The notes under the pieces: model-generated
Database searches by the model: none
Told to the model about the DNA's origin: nothing
The model's input: only the letters and a program-made list of their open reading frames with translations
Source: Macrostomum lignano
Lineage: Eukaryota
Length of the DNA stretch: 64,000 nucleotides
Direction of reading: 5' to 3'
Assembly: GCA_002269645.1 (NCBI GenBank)
Contig: NIVC01001601.1
Coordinates: 1-64,000, forward strand
Position numbers and translations under genes: made by a program
Part shown: positions 1 through 55,157 of the stretch, one piece after another
Layout: the number at the start of each line of letters is the position of its first letter
How positions within the stretch are numbered: position 1 is the first letter of the stretch

Positions 1-44834
<44,834 letters not shown>

Positions 44835-45394
44835 TGAAAACTACCGATACCAGCTGTACTCAGGCAGCAATGATTAATAATTCCATAAATTCTACATTCA
44901 AAGATTAAAAAAATGACACGACAGCACTGAAACAGATTTATAAACAATTTGCTCAAAACACTCTCTCCCTTCTCTTCTTTTCGGCTTTCTAATATAGCCT
45001 GTGCCAATATATGGGCAGAATATTTTGAGAGCCTCGCAAAAAGAAGAAGAGTCTTGTCTTTTGCACAGCCGGTTTCTATCGTCTGCGTTGCCTTGCATTG
45101 CTGCATTGTCGAAGCCACTTCTGCTAATTGTGTAATTAGATAAATATGCCCACATGATCGGGCAAAATGGCCATGCAGAAAGGGCTGCATGCTGAATGAA
45201 CAACCAGCAGTTCAAACAGAGAGCAGCCAGAGCTCTGATGAGAGAGAGAGTTAGAAATGAAAGTTTATCAGCTGTGCTAAACTCCAATTCGGATTCATAT
45301 TCTCTTGAGTAAGAGTATGCACGGGCTGCTGAGTTGCACTGGGTGAGTCTGCTTGGGTACACACACATGCATCAAATATTACCTACACACACAT

Positions 45395-45911
45395 AAAACA
45401 CAAGTTAACACATCCCACAATCACACATGTCAAACAAACAGACACGTCACACACAATGACACGCATCATACACACAGAGACATCATACACATCATACACA
45501 CAGACAAATCATACACATAGACACATCATACACACAGACACATCACACACATCATACACACAGACAAATCATACACATAGACACATCATACACACAGACA
45601 CATCACACACATCATACACACAGCCACATCACACACATCAAACACAGAGACATCACACACATCATACACACAGACACATCATACACATAGACACATCACA
45701 CATATCATACACACAGACACATCACACACATCATACACACAGCCACATCACACACACCATACACACAGACACATCACACACATCATACACACAGACACAT
45801 CACACACATCATACACACAGACACATCATACACACAGCCACATCGCACACATCAAACACAACAGACACATCACACAATCAAACACACAGACACATCATAC
45901 ACAAAGACACA

Positions 45912-45973
<62 letters not shown>

Positions 45974-46025
45974 ACACACAGACACATACAATTACACACA
46001 CATACTCATTACTCACAGACACATC
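45395..46025. repeat. CA-rich cryptic repeat ending in (CA)n
   Basis: Direct reading. Confidence 0.9.
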
Positions 46026-46784
46026 ACGAAGTTTTGAGCTATGAGATTTACTGTCTTCGAGTATGTTAAATCTTCGATCCTATGAAAGGTAAAAGCGCCT
46101 CTGGGCCAATTTCGGATACTAATTCCTAGAAACGAGTACTGTAGTTCTGTACTTTTAAATACTTATAGCAATGCATGGAACAGCAGAATTTCTCTATTGC
46201 TGAAATTGTTATACCAAGCAGTGCAAAGCACATGGCCAGGCCTCCTCACAGTTCTGGGCTACTGTGAGTAGAAATGCAAGAATTTAAGCGACAAAAAAGA
46301 GAAAAAACTGCTGAAATCTGCTGAATTTTACTGAACAAATTTTGTGAAGGATTGACTGAGCAGAATTTATATTATTTAAATAGCTCTATGGATAGATAAT
46401 CCCCATTATGAAAGTGCAAACGGAGAAGTTGGGCTTTATGTATTTTTTAAACAGGATATATGACATCTACCATCGATTCTATTAAAAGTTTTTTTGTTGC
46501 TGCATCTAAAACTATTACACATAACTAACTGATTATATCATACATAAATGTGGATAAGTTACCGCACACTTCACGATTTAACAAAGAAAGGCATAGCGCA
46601 CTTGCACTACACCTTGTGATAGTTAGCAAAGCAACTATGACGTAAGCAACAGTACGGAGACAAATGCACTATGGGTTTGAATCAGAATACTTAAATAAAT
46701 ATAACAGATTATAACAGTAAAATTGTACAACTTACAAAACTAAACAACTGTTTGACGGCGCCAACGAGGGGTGGCGTGTTTGAG

Positions 46785-47655
46785 ACTAATTAGGGCATGT
46801 TGGTGTGAGGCTAATTAGTCCAGGTGGGTGTGAGGCTAATTAGTGCAGGTGGGTGTGATGCTAATTAGGGCATGTTGGTGTGATGCTAATTAGGGCATGT
46901 TGGTGTGATGCTAATTAGTGCATGTTGGTGTGAGGCTAATTAGGGCATGTTGGTGTGAGGCTAATTAGGGCATGTTGGTGTGAGGCTAATTAGGGCATGT
47001 TGGTGTGAGGCTAATTAGGGCATGTTGGTGTGAGGCTAATTAGTGCAGGTGGGTGTGAGGCTAATTAGTGCAGGTGGGTGTGAGGCTAATTAGTGCAGGT
47101 GGGTGTGAGGCTAATTAGTACAGGTGGGTGTGAGGCTAAATAGGACAGGTGGATATGAAGCTAATTAGTGCAGGTGGGTGTGAGGCTAATTAGTGCAGGT
47201 GGGTGTGAGGCTAATTCGTGCAGGTGGGTGTGAGGCTAAATAGGACAGGTGGATATGAAGCTAATTATTGCAGGTGGGTGTGAGGCTAATTAGCTCGTAG
47301 TGCAGGTGGGTGTGAGGCTAAATAGGACAGGTGGATATGAAGCTAATTATTGCAGGTGAGTGTGAGGCTAATTAGTGCAGGTGGGCGTGAGGCTAATTAG
47401 TGCAGGTGGGTGTGAGGCTAAATAGGACAGGTGGATATGAAGCTAATTATTGCAGGTGAGTGTGAGGCTAATTATTGCAGGTGGGCGTGAGGCTAATTAG
47501 TCCAGGTGGGCGTGAGGCTAATATGGGCAGGTGGGTGTGAGGCTAATTAGTGCAGGTGGGTGTGAGGCTAATTATTGCAGGTGAGTGTGAGGCTAATTAT
47601 TGCAGGTGGGCGTGAGGCTAATTAGTCCAGGTGGGCGTGAGGCTAATTAGGGCGG
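46785..47655. repeat. 25-bp minisatellite (tgaggctaattagtgcaggtgggtg)
   Basis: Visible tandem units. Confidence 0.95.
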
Positions 47656-47818
47656 GTGAAATTAAAATAAGAAGGCCAAAAACTGCAGTGACGATTGCAA
47701 GGTGAGAAAATATTTCACACACGCAGTAACCATAAACAAAAACAGCGAGTGCTAAACGGGGCTGACGAGTGCAAGGCGGAAATGCTTGAAGAGAAGATTA
47801 AACGAAAACGCCAACAAA

Positions 47819-50800
47819 TTACAAGTCACCACCGCCGTCACCCGCCGGTTCGTCGGTCGCAGCCAAAGGCCCGACAAAGTCGTGCATGGCGTACTTCCAG
47901 GTCCACAGGCGGGCCAGCCGCTCGAATTCTGGCCGGTTTTCGATGCACAGCCGGGCGATCCTGGGCTCCATGCTCACCTCGGTGTAGGGGTCCGTGAGTA
48001 GGCTCTGAACACAGACCAGCACTTTGGCCAGGGTGAGGGCCAGGCTCCAGTTGGTTGGCAAGATGGCGTCCAGGCCCACGTCTCCGTGACGACTCACGTT
48101 GGGGTGGAACACCTGGGGTGGCAGTTAATTCGGGGTATTTGACTAGTTTACGCAGGGTTCACTGTCGATTAAAGGATTTAAGGATAAAGTTTAGGGGCGA
48201 TTGTTGTGGTAGTTTAGGGGCGATTCTTGGGTGGTTTAGGGGCGATTGTTGTGGTAGTTTAGGGGCGATTCTTGGGGTGGTTTAGGGGCGATTCTTGGGG
48301 TGGTTTAGGGGCGATTGTTGTGGTAGTTTAGGGGCGATTCTGTAGGTGATTTAGGGACGATTCTGTGGGTAGTTTAGGGGCGATTGTTGTGGTAGTTTAG
48401 GGGCGATTGTTGTGGTAGTTTAGGGGCGATTGTTGTGGTAGTTTAGGGGCGATTCTTGGGGTAGTTTAGGGGCGATTCGTAGGATAGTTTAGGTGCGATT
48501 CTTGGGGTAGTTTAGGTGCGATTCCTAAGGTAGTTTAGGGGCGATTCTAGGGATAGTTTAGGGGTGATTTTTAAGGTAGTTTAGGGGCGATTGTTGTGGT
48601 AGTTTAGGGGCGATTGTTGTGGTAGTTTAGGGGCCATTGTTGTGGTAGTTAAGGGGCGATTGTTGTGGTAGTTTAGGGGCCATTGTTGTGGTAGTTTAGG
48701 GGTGATTGTTGTGGTAGTTAGGGGTTAGGCGAGTGACGAAGACCGAACGCAGAACGTGGGCACAAAGCAGCGAGCAGGGGAGCAACCCCAAACTCCAAAA
48801 AGCAGGCGAGTCAGAGGGGAGAGGAGGCAAATGATGAACAGTAGGAGCCAAGGCAAGCAGACATAGATCGACGGGCCGCTAGGTTACCGGCATTGCCATC
48901 AGAGATGTACCGCGAAACCGCCGAGCTGCGCCAATCTCCCAGCAGCTTGATGCGGTCCACGCTCAGCCCAGCATTGAAAGCAAACGTCGCTCCACCACGC
49001 CGGAGCGAGTGCGCCGAGAAGCTAGAAGCTTCCAGTCCGGCCTTGCAGAACAGGCGATGCAGGCGGTGGCGAACCCCCCGCTGAGTCAGAGGCCGCCAGG
49101 ATCGCGGCGCTGATGAAACTGAGAATATGGGCAGACTGTGAGACGCATCAAAAAGGCGATTCAGCTGCCAGTGATGTCGGAGCGCAGCCACAGGACACAA
49201 TCTGAGAGCAGCTGCTGAGCTCGGGCCCATAACCGGGAGCTGGATGGTGTGAATGCGCTCACCGAACTGCACTGTCTTTGAACGGGCTACAAAGATGGTA
49301 ACACCAGCGCGGCTGAACTTGACATCAGATATCCTTATCGCGCTCGCCGAGTCACCCGATTTCTTGCGGGCGCACAGATTATCGAGGCGAAGCATGCCGA
49401 ACCAGCCCGTGAGCACGAGAGCCCACAGAGCAGCATCTGCCGGATCTGACAGCAGCAGGTGCTGGCGAATGCGCATCAGATGCTCCGGCCGGAGTGGTTG
49501 CTTAGTGGCTGGGGTCCACGACTTGCTTAGGTCCCGTCTGATTCCTTTTAGGATGAGTGGCAGAATTGGAGCTCGCGCGACTTCGTCAAGACCGAGGCAG
49601 CGGCAATACCAGCTCAACGCTTGCAGATGAAGCTGAACACTGTTGAACGAAAGTAGGCGAAGAGAGATGTCGGACAGGTAGAGAACGAGAAGCTCCACCG
49701 TGGGCTGCTCAGGTCGTTCATTTAGCCCTTGACAGAAACGACACCAGGCTCGCCAGACAGACTCGTAGGTCAGCCGTGTCGACTCCGCCAGAGACAACTC
49801 GATCAGACGAGCCGCCCGCCCCCGAAGCCGCCGCACCGCAGGGTCAGGACCTGTAAAAGCAGAAAATGGGAGGCAGCAGAGGCCAGCGCGTGGGAGGCAA
49901 ATTCAAGCGGGCACACTTGCACAGTGCCATAAAAACGCATGCAAAAGTTAATGAGGCCACTCCGAGAATGAAGACGCGAAATGGGGTCAGCATAGGTCTG
50001 AAACCAGCCCGGCACATGAAAGAAGCTTAACACAACTTTGTTAGCGAAACAGAAGAGACCAATGGTCTGAAGCAGGCGCAGCAGCTCAGGGTCCTTAGAA
50101 GCAGCCTTGTTGAGGATGAAGACAGCTGGGTCATTGTCAACGTAGCATACAACCTTGCACTGGCTCAGCAGCGGGCGCAGCACCATCAGAGTGAGAAGCG
50201 GCACGAGAGCTTCTTTGTAGTTGATCGGGTACTTGGCAAACTGGCCATTGAAGTCCTTCTCCCAGTCGATGAAGATCCAGTCACAAAAATTGTGGCTGCG
50301 GACGATGCAGCCGCCCGCCTTCTCGGATGAGTCACTCTCCAGCACCCACTCGTTGAGATACTTGGGCCAGAGCTCGCGGCCATTCAGCTTTCGGATAGCC
50401 AGGGTCCACCACTCCAGCTCGCCACGCAGCGACTCATCCATACGGACGCAGTGCCTAGGATGAGCTAGAGAGTTAACTCTGGAGATAAGGTTGCGCAGGA
50501 AACTTCTACCCACGGGAGGAGCGACCTGGCACCACCAGTTAATCTTGCCACACAGCTTCTGAAGCTCCCGCTTAGTCAACCGAGACTTCAGCTTCATCTG
50601 CTGGACGAGGTTGACAGTCAGATCGATCTTATCATGGGGCAGGCAAAGCAAACCAGAACTCGTGTCGATGTTCACACCGAGGTAGGTGACGGTCTGGGCT
50701 GGGGCGCTGCTCTTCTCCCAGTTGATGTCGAACCCGAGACGTTGGAGAAGGCCAGTTAAAAACTCAAAGGCCTCTTCACACTTGGCTCTACTGTCAAAGG

Positions 50801-53800
50801 CAAGGCCAAAGTCGTCCAAATAACCAACGACATTGCTAAAGCCAGACCGCTGCATAATTCGGACAATCGCCTGCGAGATTCTGTGAAAAATGGACACGGA
50901 GGCAGCTGCGCCAAACATCAGCCGGGTGTCAACCAGGTAGCACGGCGAGTCGGCTCCTTTGAATTTCCATTGTAGACCGGCTGCCGGGTAGCAAGAAGGG
51001 TGAATGCCAACGGAGCGATAGGCATGCTTGATGTCGACTTTAGCCACAAAGCAGCCAGGACGGAGCAGACGATAAAATTCATCGATAGACTGAAAGCGGA
51101 TGCGTTCCTGCTGATGGTAGTGACTGTTGATAGAATTTCCATACGGAGCGCTGGCGTCGTGAATCAGCCGGATTGATGAGCTGCCCTTAGGGATTGCTGC
51201 CAGCGGGCTGACCTTCGTAGGCTTTGTGGAAGACATCACATAGCGGCCTGTTCTTAGCTCTTCTTTAATTTGCTTATCCACGAGCTCCTGGTGCGCGAGC
51301 GCAGAGTTGTAGTTAGGCTTAAAGCTTTCGCAGAATTTGGTATCATCAGTGATCATAAACCCGGCACTAATACCATTTAAGAGAAACTCGGCATCTCTGT
51401 CTTCATCAAGATACTTCGACCATTCACAAAAGCGCATGTCACCACAGCTGGATGTAGGAAAATTATCAGGAATAAAATCGCGGATTGATGAACTATTTAC
51501 AATGGCGGGCGGGCGGTCATCTAGTTTTTTGACGCTGAAGCGTGCAGATGACCCGGATGGTCCCTTCTGCAGATGACGCAAGCATGCTGAAATTTGCATT
51601 CCTCGCCAAACTTACAGCCGGTATCGCGGTTGAAGAGCAGGCAGATTTGGCGATTCCTCCTATTCTGTGGCTGCTTTCTACGCTGCAAGTTGCTGTCTAT
51701 AGCGCTAAGCCGATTCGGAGCAAGCAGGTGTCGTGAGAGCAACTGGAAAGACTCGTTGTCCCAGTGACGACTGGTTTCATGCTGGAGCCTCCGAAAGCTG
51801 TCATCATAGAGCAGGACATTACTGACGTCAAATCCACTATTCAGCAGTTCGCCTAACTGGCGGTTGTAGGCAAGGTACTCATGCAACCTTGGAGCAGCGC
51901 GCGCTTCCCAGTCAATCATCTCGCCAGATTCGATCAGGGACTGGAGAATTCTCGCATTCGCACTTATCCACTCGCCGATGCTAATCTGCTCCAGAGGCTT
52001 CTGTCTGGTATTTGTTCCTTTCTTATTGCCAGCGCTGACATTTCCGGAGTCTTCGACGAAGTCAGGTATGAGAAGTGGGCCCCTCTTGGTGGGGTCAGCA
52101 TCTTGCTCCAGGAGGGGAATATTCTCCAAGGCAGAATGGGCGGCGCCCCAACTAGCAGAAAAAGCTGGCTTACCATACGTCTTCGTGCCATGGCGTCTGC
52201 CGCTGAGCTCGGCTGTCAATTCCGCTTCCTCCTTTTGGAGCCTCAGTAGCCTGATGCGTTCCTCGGTCGCTTCGATCTCATCGCGCAGGTCCTGACCCTT
52301 CGTCGAGCGGTGGCGGTTGGGGGCGGTGGCTGGGGCTGCGGTTGGCTGTCGGTCTCGCTGTCAGTTGATTCTTCTCGTCTGCTGGTTGAGTCGTCTTGTT
52401 CAGGGTCTCTACCTTGCAGACTTTTCAGGCGCGCTAACAGAGTTCTCTTGTTACCATTAGTTGGCTGGCCAGCCGCGGAGAGTTGGGCTTTCAATTCTCG
52501 GGCTGTAAGTTTAGCAAGGCTAGCCATCGCGCAAAAAAATTGAGCAGGTGTGCGACACCGCGAGCAGAGCACAAGCTGGGGGTTAAAAGCTAGCCGCCCC
52601 GCGACAACCCCCCCAACGCAGACGCCACCCCGCCACCCCTAACACACTTTGTACGCGGCCTACGGCCGCCCACAAAGCACACTTTAGGGGCGATTCTTGG
52701 GGTGGTTTAGGGGCGATTCTTGGGGTGGTTTAGGGGCGATTCTTGGGATAATTTAGGGGCGATTCTGTGGGTGATTTAGGGACGATTCTGTGGGTAGTTT
52801 AGGGGCGATTGTTGTGGTAGTTTAGGGGCGATTGTTGTGGTAGTTTAGGGGCGATTGTTGTGGTAGTTTAGGGGCAATTCTTGGGGTAGTTTAGGGGCGA
52901 TTCTTAGGATAGTTTAGGTGCGATTCTTGGGGTAGTTTAGGTGCGATTCCAAAGGTAGTTTAGGGGCGATTCTAGGGATAGTTTGGGGGCGATTTTTGGG
53001 GTAGTTTAGGGGCGATTCCTAAGGTAGTTTAGGGGCGATTTTTAGGGTAGTTTAGGTGCGATTCTTAGGGTAGTTTAGGGGCGATTCTTAGGATAGTTTA
53101 GGTGCGATTCTTAGGGTAGTTTAGGGGTGATTGTTGTGGTAGTTAAGGGGCGATTCCTAAGGTAGTTTAGGGGCGATTCTAGGGATAGTTTAGGGGCGAT
53201 TCTTAGGGTAGTTTAGGGGCGATTGTTGTGGTAGTTTAGGGGTGATTGTTGTGGTAGTTAAGGGGCGATTCCTAAGGTAGTTTAGGGGCGACTGTTGTGG
53301 TAGTTTAGGGGCGATTCTTGGGTGGTTTAGGGGCAGTTTTTGGGGTAGTTTAGGGGTAATTCTTGGGGTAGTTTAGGGGCGATTCTTGGGGTGGTTTAGG
53401 GGCGATTTTTGGGGCTTAGGAGCGATTATTGGGTTGATTCCTAGGGTTGATTCTTGGGGTGGGTTAGTGTGATTGTGTGATTTTTAGGTGGTTAACTAAT
53501 TTACCTTGTATAAAACTGTTTAGGGACGATTCTCATGAAATTTGGGGCGATTTCCCGATGGTTTTAGAAACGATTTCAAGGCGGGTAAAACGCAAACACA
53601 GTTCACCCCCTCGCCCACCTTAGTCAGGAAGCGAATCAACGGCGGTCGCAGCGGGTAGCTGTGCGGCACAGTCAGAGACAGGAAGAAGGCTCCGCCCTGA
53701 TAGGGGGAGCCGGGCGGGCCGCAGATGACGGCATGCCACTGGGACAGCCGGCCGCTGTCCACGGGCGTCGGCACGGCCGCCACGCCGTAGGGCGGCTCCT

Positions 53801-55006
53801 GTATAAGGCTGCGGTACTCCAGCCTCAGCCGGCGCTGTCGCCACGACGACGCTTCGTCGACGTCCCAACTGGAGGGCCCGCTGGCGAGACAGGCGAGACA
53901 GGGCGCGCTCAGCAGCAGATCCGAGTAGAGAGAGCGCCAGGTGCCGGCGCCCAGGGGCCGGCGCAGGGTGAACAGGGGCCACCGGTGGCTGAGCTGCCGC
54001 TGCCAGTAGGCGTCGGAGAACTCCCGTTCGATAATCTGGGTCAGCCGCCGGTTGCCAAGGCGGAGCAGCGACCAGACCGCCATGTCGTCGCAGTGAGCCA
54101 ACACGGCCAGAATCAGCTCGGTTGGCAGGGCGTCAAGGCGGGCACCGCGCGACTGCGCTGAGCTCTGCGGAGGGGGGTGCGATGGTGCTCTGAGATAGTA
54201 CTCAAACATTGAAGCTCCAAGTCACTCTGGAACTCAAACATTTAAGCTCCAAGTCACTCTGGAACTCAAACATTGAAGCTCCAAGTCACTCTGGAACTCA
54301 AACATTGAAGCTCCAAGTCACTCTGGAACTCAAACATTGAAGCTCCAAAAGTCACTCCGGAACTCAAAGACTGAAGCTCCAAAAGTCACTCCGGAACTCA
54401 AACACTGAAGCTCCAAGTCACTCCGGAACTCAAACACTGAAGCTCCAAAAGTCACTCCGGAACTCAAACATTGAAGCTCCAAGTCACTCCGGAACTCAAA
54501 CACTGAAGCTCCAAAAGTCACTCCGGAACTCAAACATTGAAGCTCCAAGTCACTCCGGAACTCAAACTCTGAAGCTCCAAAATTCACTCCGGAACTCAAA
54601 CACTGAAGCTCCAAAAGTCACTCCGGAACTCAAACACTGAAGCCCCAAAAGTCACTCCGGAACTCAAACTCTGAAGCTCCAGGTCACTGGCTCTCGCATT
54701 TACACTGCTAGATGGCAGAGGCTGCTGTTGCTGCTGCTGCCGCAGCTGTTGCTGCAACAACTTTTTCTGCTGCTGCTGTCGCAACTGCCGCAGCTGCTGG
54801 GCCTCATCGTCAGAAGCGGCACCCGACGGGCCGACGGCGGCGGCAGCAGCGTGAGCAGCGGCTTCCTCCTCGGTGCCGGAGTCTCCGTCTTCGTCGTCGC
54901 GCTTCAGGGCGGTGCACTGGTACTGATAGAGGAAGGAGTGGCACACGGGGCACACCGGCTGGTCATCGCACGCGCTGTAGAACCCGTTGCAGTGAAAGCA
55001 GGGCAT
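47819..55006 (-). CDS. morgue: Morgue-like protein: N-terminal Cys4 zinc finger + F-box + inactive ubiquitin-conjugating (UEV) domain, ~380 aa
   Basis: Exons 55006-54704 (CFHC...CPVC; AGT|gtaaat), 54164-53619 (ccgcag|; LDALPTELILAVL F-box; UBC N-half ...YPLRPPLIRFLTK|gtgggc), 48112-47819 (ccccag|VFHPNVSRHGDVGLDAI...TAA). All phase 0. Gly occupies the E2 catalytic Cys position. Confidence 0.85.
48190..48724. repeat. 23-bp satellite TTTAGGGGCGATT+10 variable nt, left arm
   Basis: ~23 units abutting the retroelement 3' end. Confidence 0.97.
48811..49850 (-). CDS. Retroelement ORF3: tyrosine recombinase (no ATG at its start)
   Basis: FGMLRLDNL (R), RSKT (K), HSLRRGGAT (HxxR), LLGDWRSSAVSRY (W..Y). 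Confidence 0.95.
49803..51599 (-). CDS. Retroelement ORF2: reverse transcriptase + RNase H (598 aa)
   Basis: IRLIHDAS; KVDIKHAYRSV; RLMFG; GYLDDF; TYLGVNIDT; RNase H motifs ESDSS, INYKEAL, YVDN, ADPISR; no methyltransferase domain apparent. Confidence 0.95.
   Translation of the reverse strand: MQISACLRHLQKGPSGSSARFSVKKLDDRPPAIVNSSSIRDFIPDNFPTSSCGDMRFCEWSKYLDEDRDAEFLLNGISAGFMITDDTKFCESFKPNYNSALAHQELVDKQIKEELRTGRYVMSSTKPTKVSPLAAIPKGSSSIRLIHDASAPYGNSINSHYHQQERIRFQSIDEFYRLLRPGCFVAKVDIKHAYRSVGIHPSCYPAAGLQWKFKGADSPCYLVDTRLMFGAAASVSIFHRISQAIVRIMQRSGFSNVVGYLDDFGLAFDSRAKCEEAFEFLTGLLQRLGFDINWEKSSAPAQTVTYLGVNIDTSSGLLCLPHDKIDLTVNLVQQMKLKSRLTKRELQKLCGKINWWCQVAPPVGRSFLRNLISRVNSLAHPRHCVRMDESLRGELEWWTLAIRKLNGRELWPKYLNEWVLESDSSEKAGGCIVRSHNFCDWIFIDWEKDFNGQFAKYPINYKEALVPLLTLMVLRPLLSQCKVVCYVDNDPAVFILNKAASKDPELLRLLQTIGLFCFANKVVLSFFHVPGWFQTYADPISRLHSRSGLINFCMRFYGTVQVCPLEFASHALASAASHFLLLQVLTLRCGGFGGGRLV
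51521..52527 (-). CDS. Retroelement ORF1/gag-like: SAP domain, coiled coil, C-terminal CCCH/CCHH zinc knuckles (one -1 frame break near 52250-52355)
   Basis: MASLAKLTARELKAQLSAAGQPTNGNKRTLLARLK (SAP pattern); DLRDEIEATEERIRLLRLQKEEAEL; LLYDDSFRRLQ; CLLFNRDTGCKFGEECKFQHACVICRRDHPGH. Confidence 0.8.
52683..53470. repeat. 23-bp satellite TTTAGGGGCGATT+10 variable nt, right arm
   Basis: ~34 units abutting the retroelement 5' end. Confidence 0.97.
54200..54685. repeat. 32-34-bp minisatellite (aaacattgaagctccaa(aa)gtcactccggaactc) filling morgue intron 1
   Basis: Visible tandem units. Confidence 0.95.
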
Positions 55007-55157
55007 TGGCTTTGCTTGCGGAGCTCACCGCTTGCCTGTCTTCTCAGTGAGAGGATTCGAATTTTTAAAAATACACTTCTGTTGCGAATCTCGCTAGACC
55101 AGAAAAAATTGACAAATGAAGGTTTGAAGGTCAAGGCAAGATTAATTGGAAAGTTCA

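Larger units (their letters stand above)
48725..52682 (-). mobile_element. Tyrosine-recombinase retrotransposon (DIRS/Ngaro-type), near-intact, in morgue intron 2
   Basis: Three overlapping ORFs (gag-like, RT/RNaseH, YR), unique sequence sharply bounded on both sides by the same 23-bp satellite. Confidence 0.93.

Noticed and set aside
46785-47655. Plus-strand CAG|GTGAGT/GTGGGT donors in the 25-mer implying an antisense gene
   Set aside because: No associated plus-strand exon or ORF is supported.
48190-53470. Constant 13-mer plus variable 10-mer units resembling a CRISPR array next to a recombinase
   Set aside because: The variable parts are related to each other and recur, are far too short for spacers, there are no cas genes, and the context is a eukaryotic intron.
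48190-53470. Interstitial telomere
   Set aside because: TTTAGGGG occurs once per 23-bp unit, not as (TTAGGG)n.
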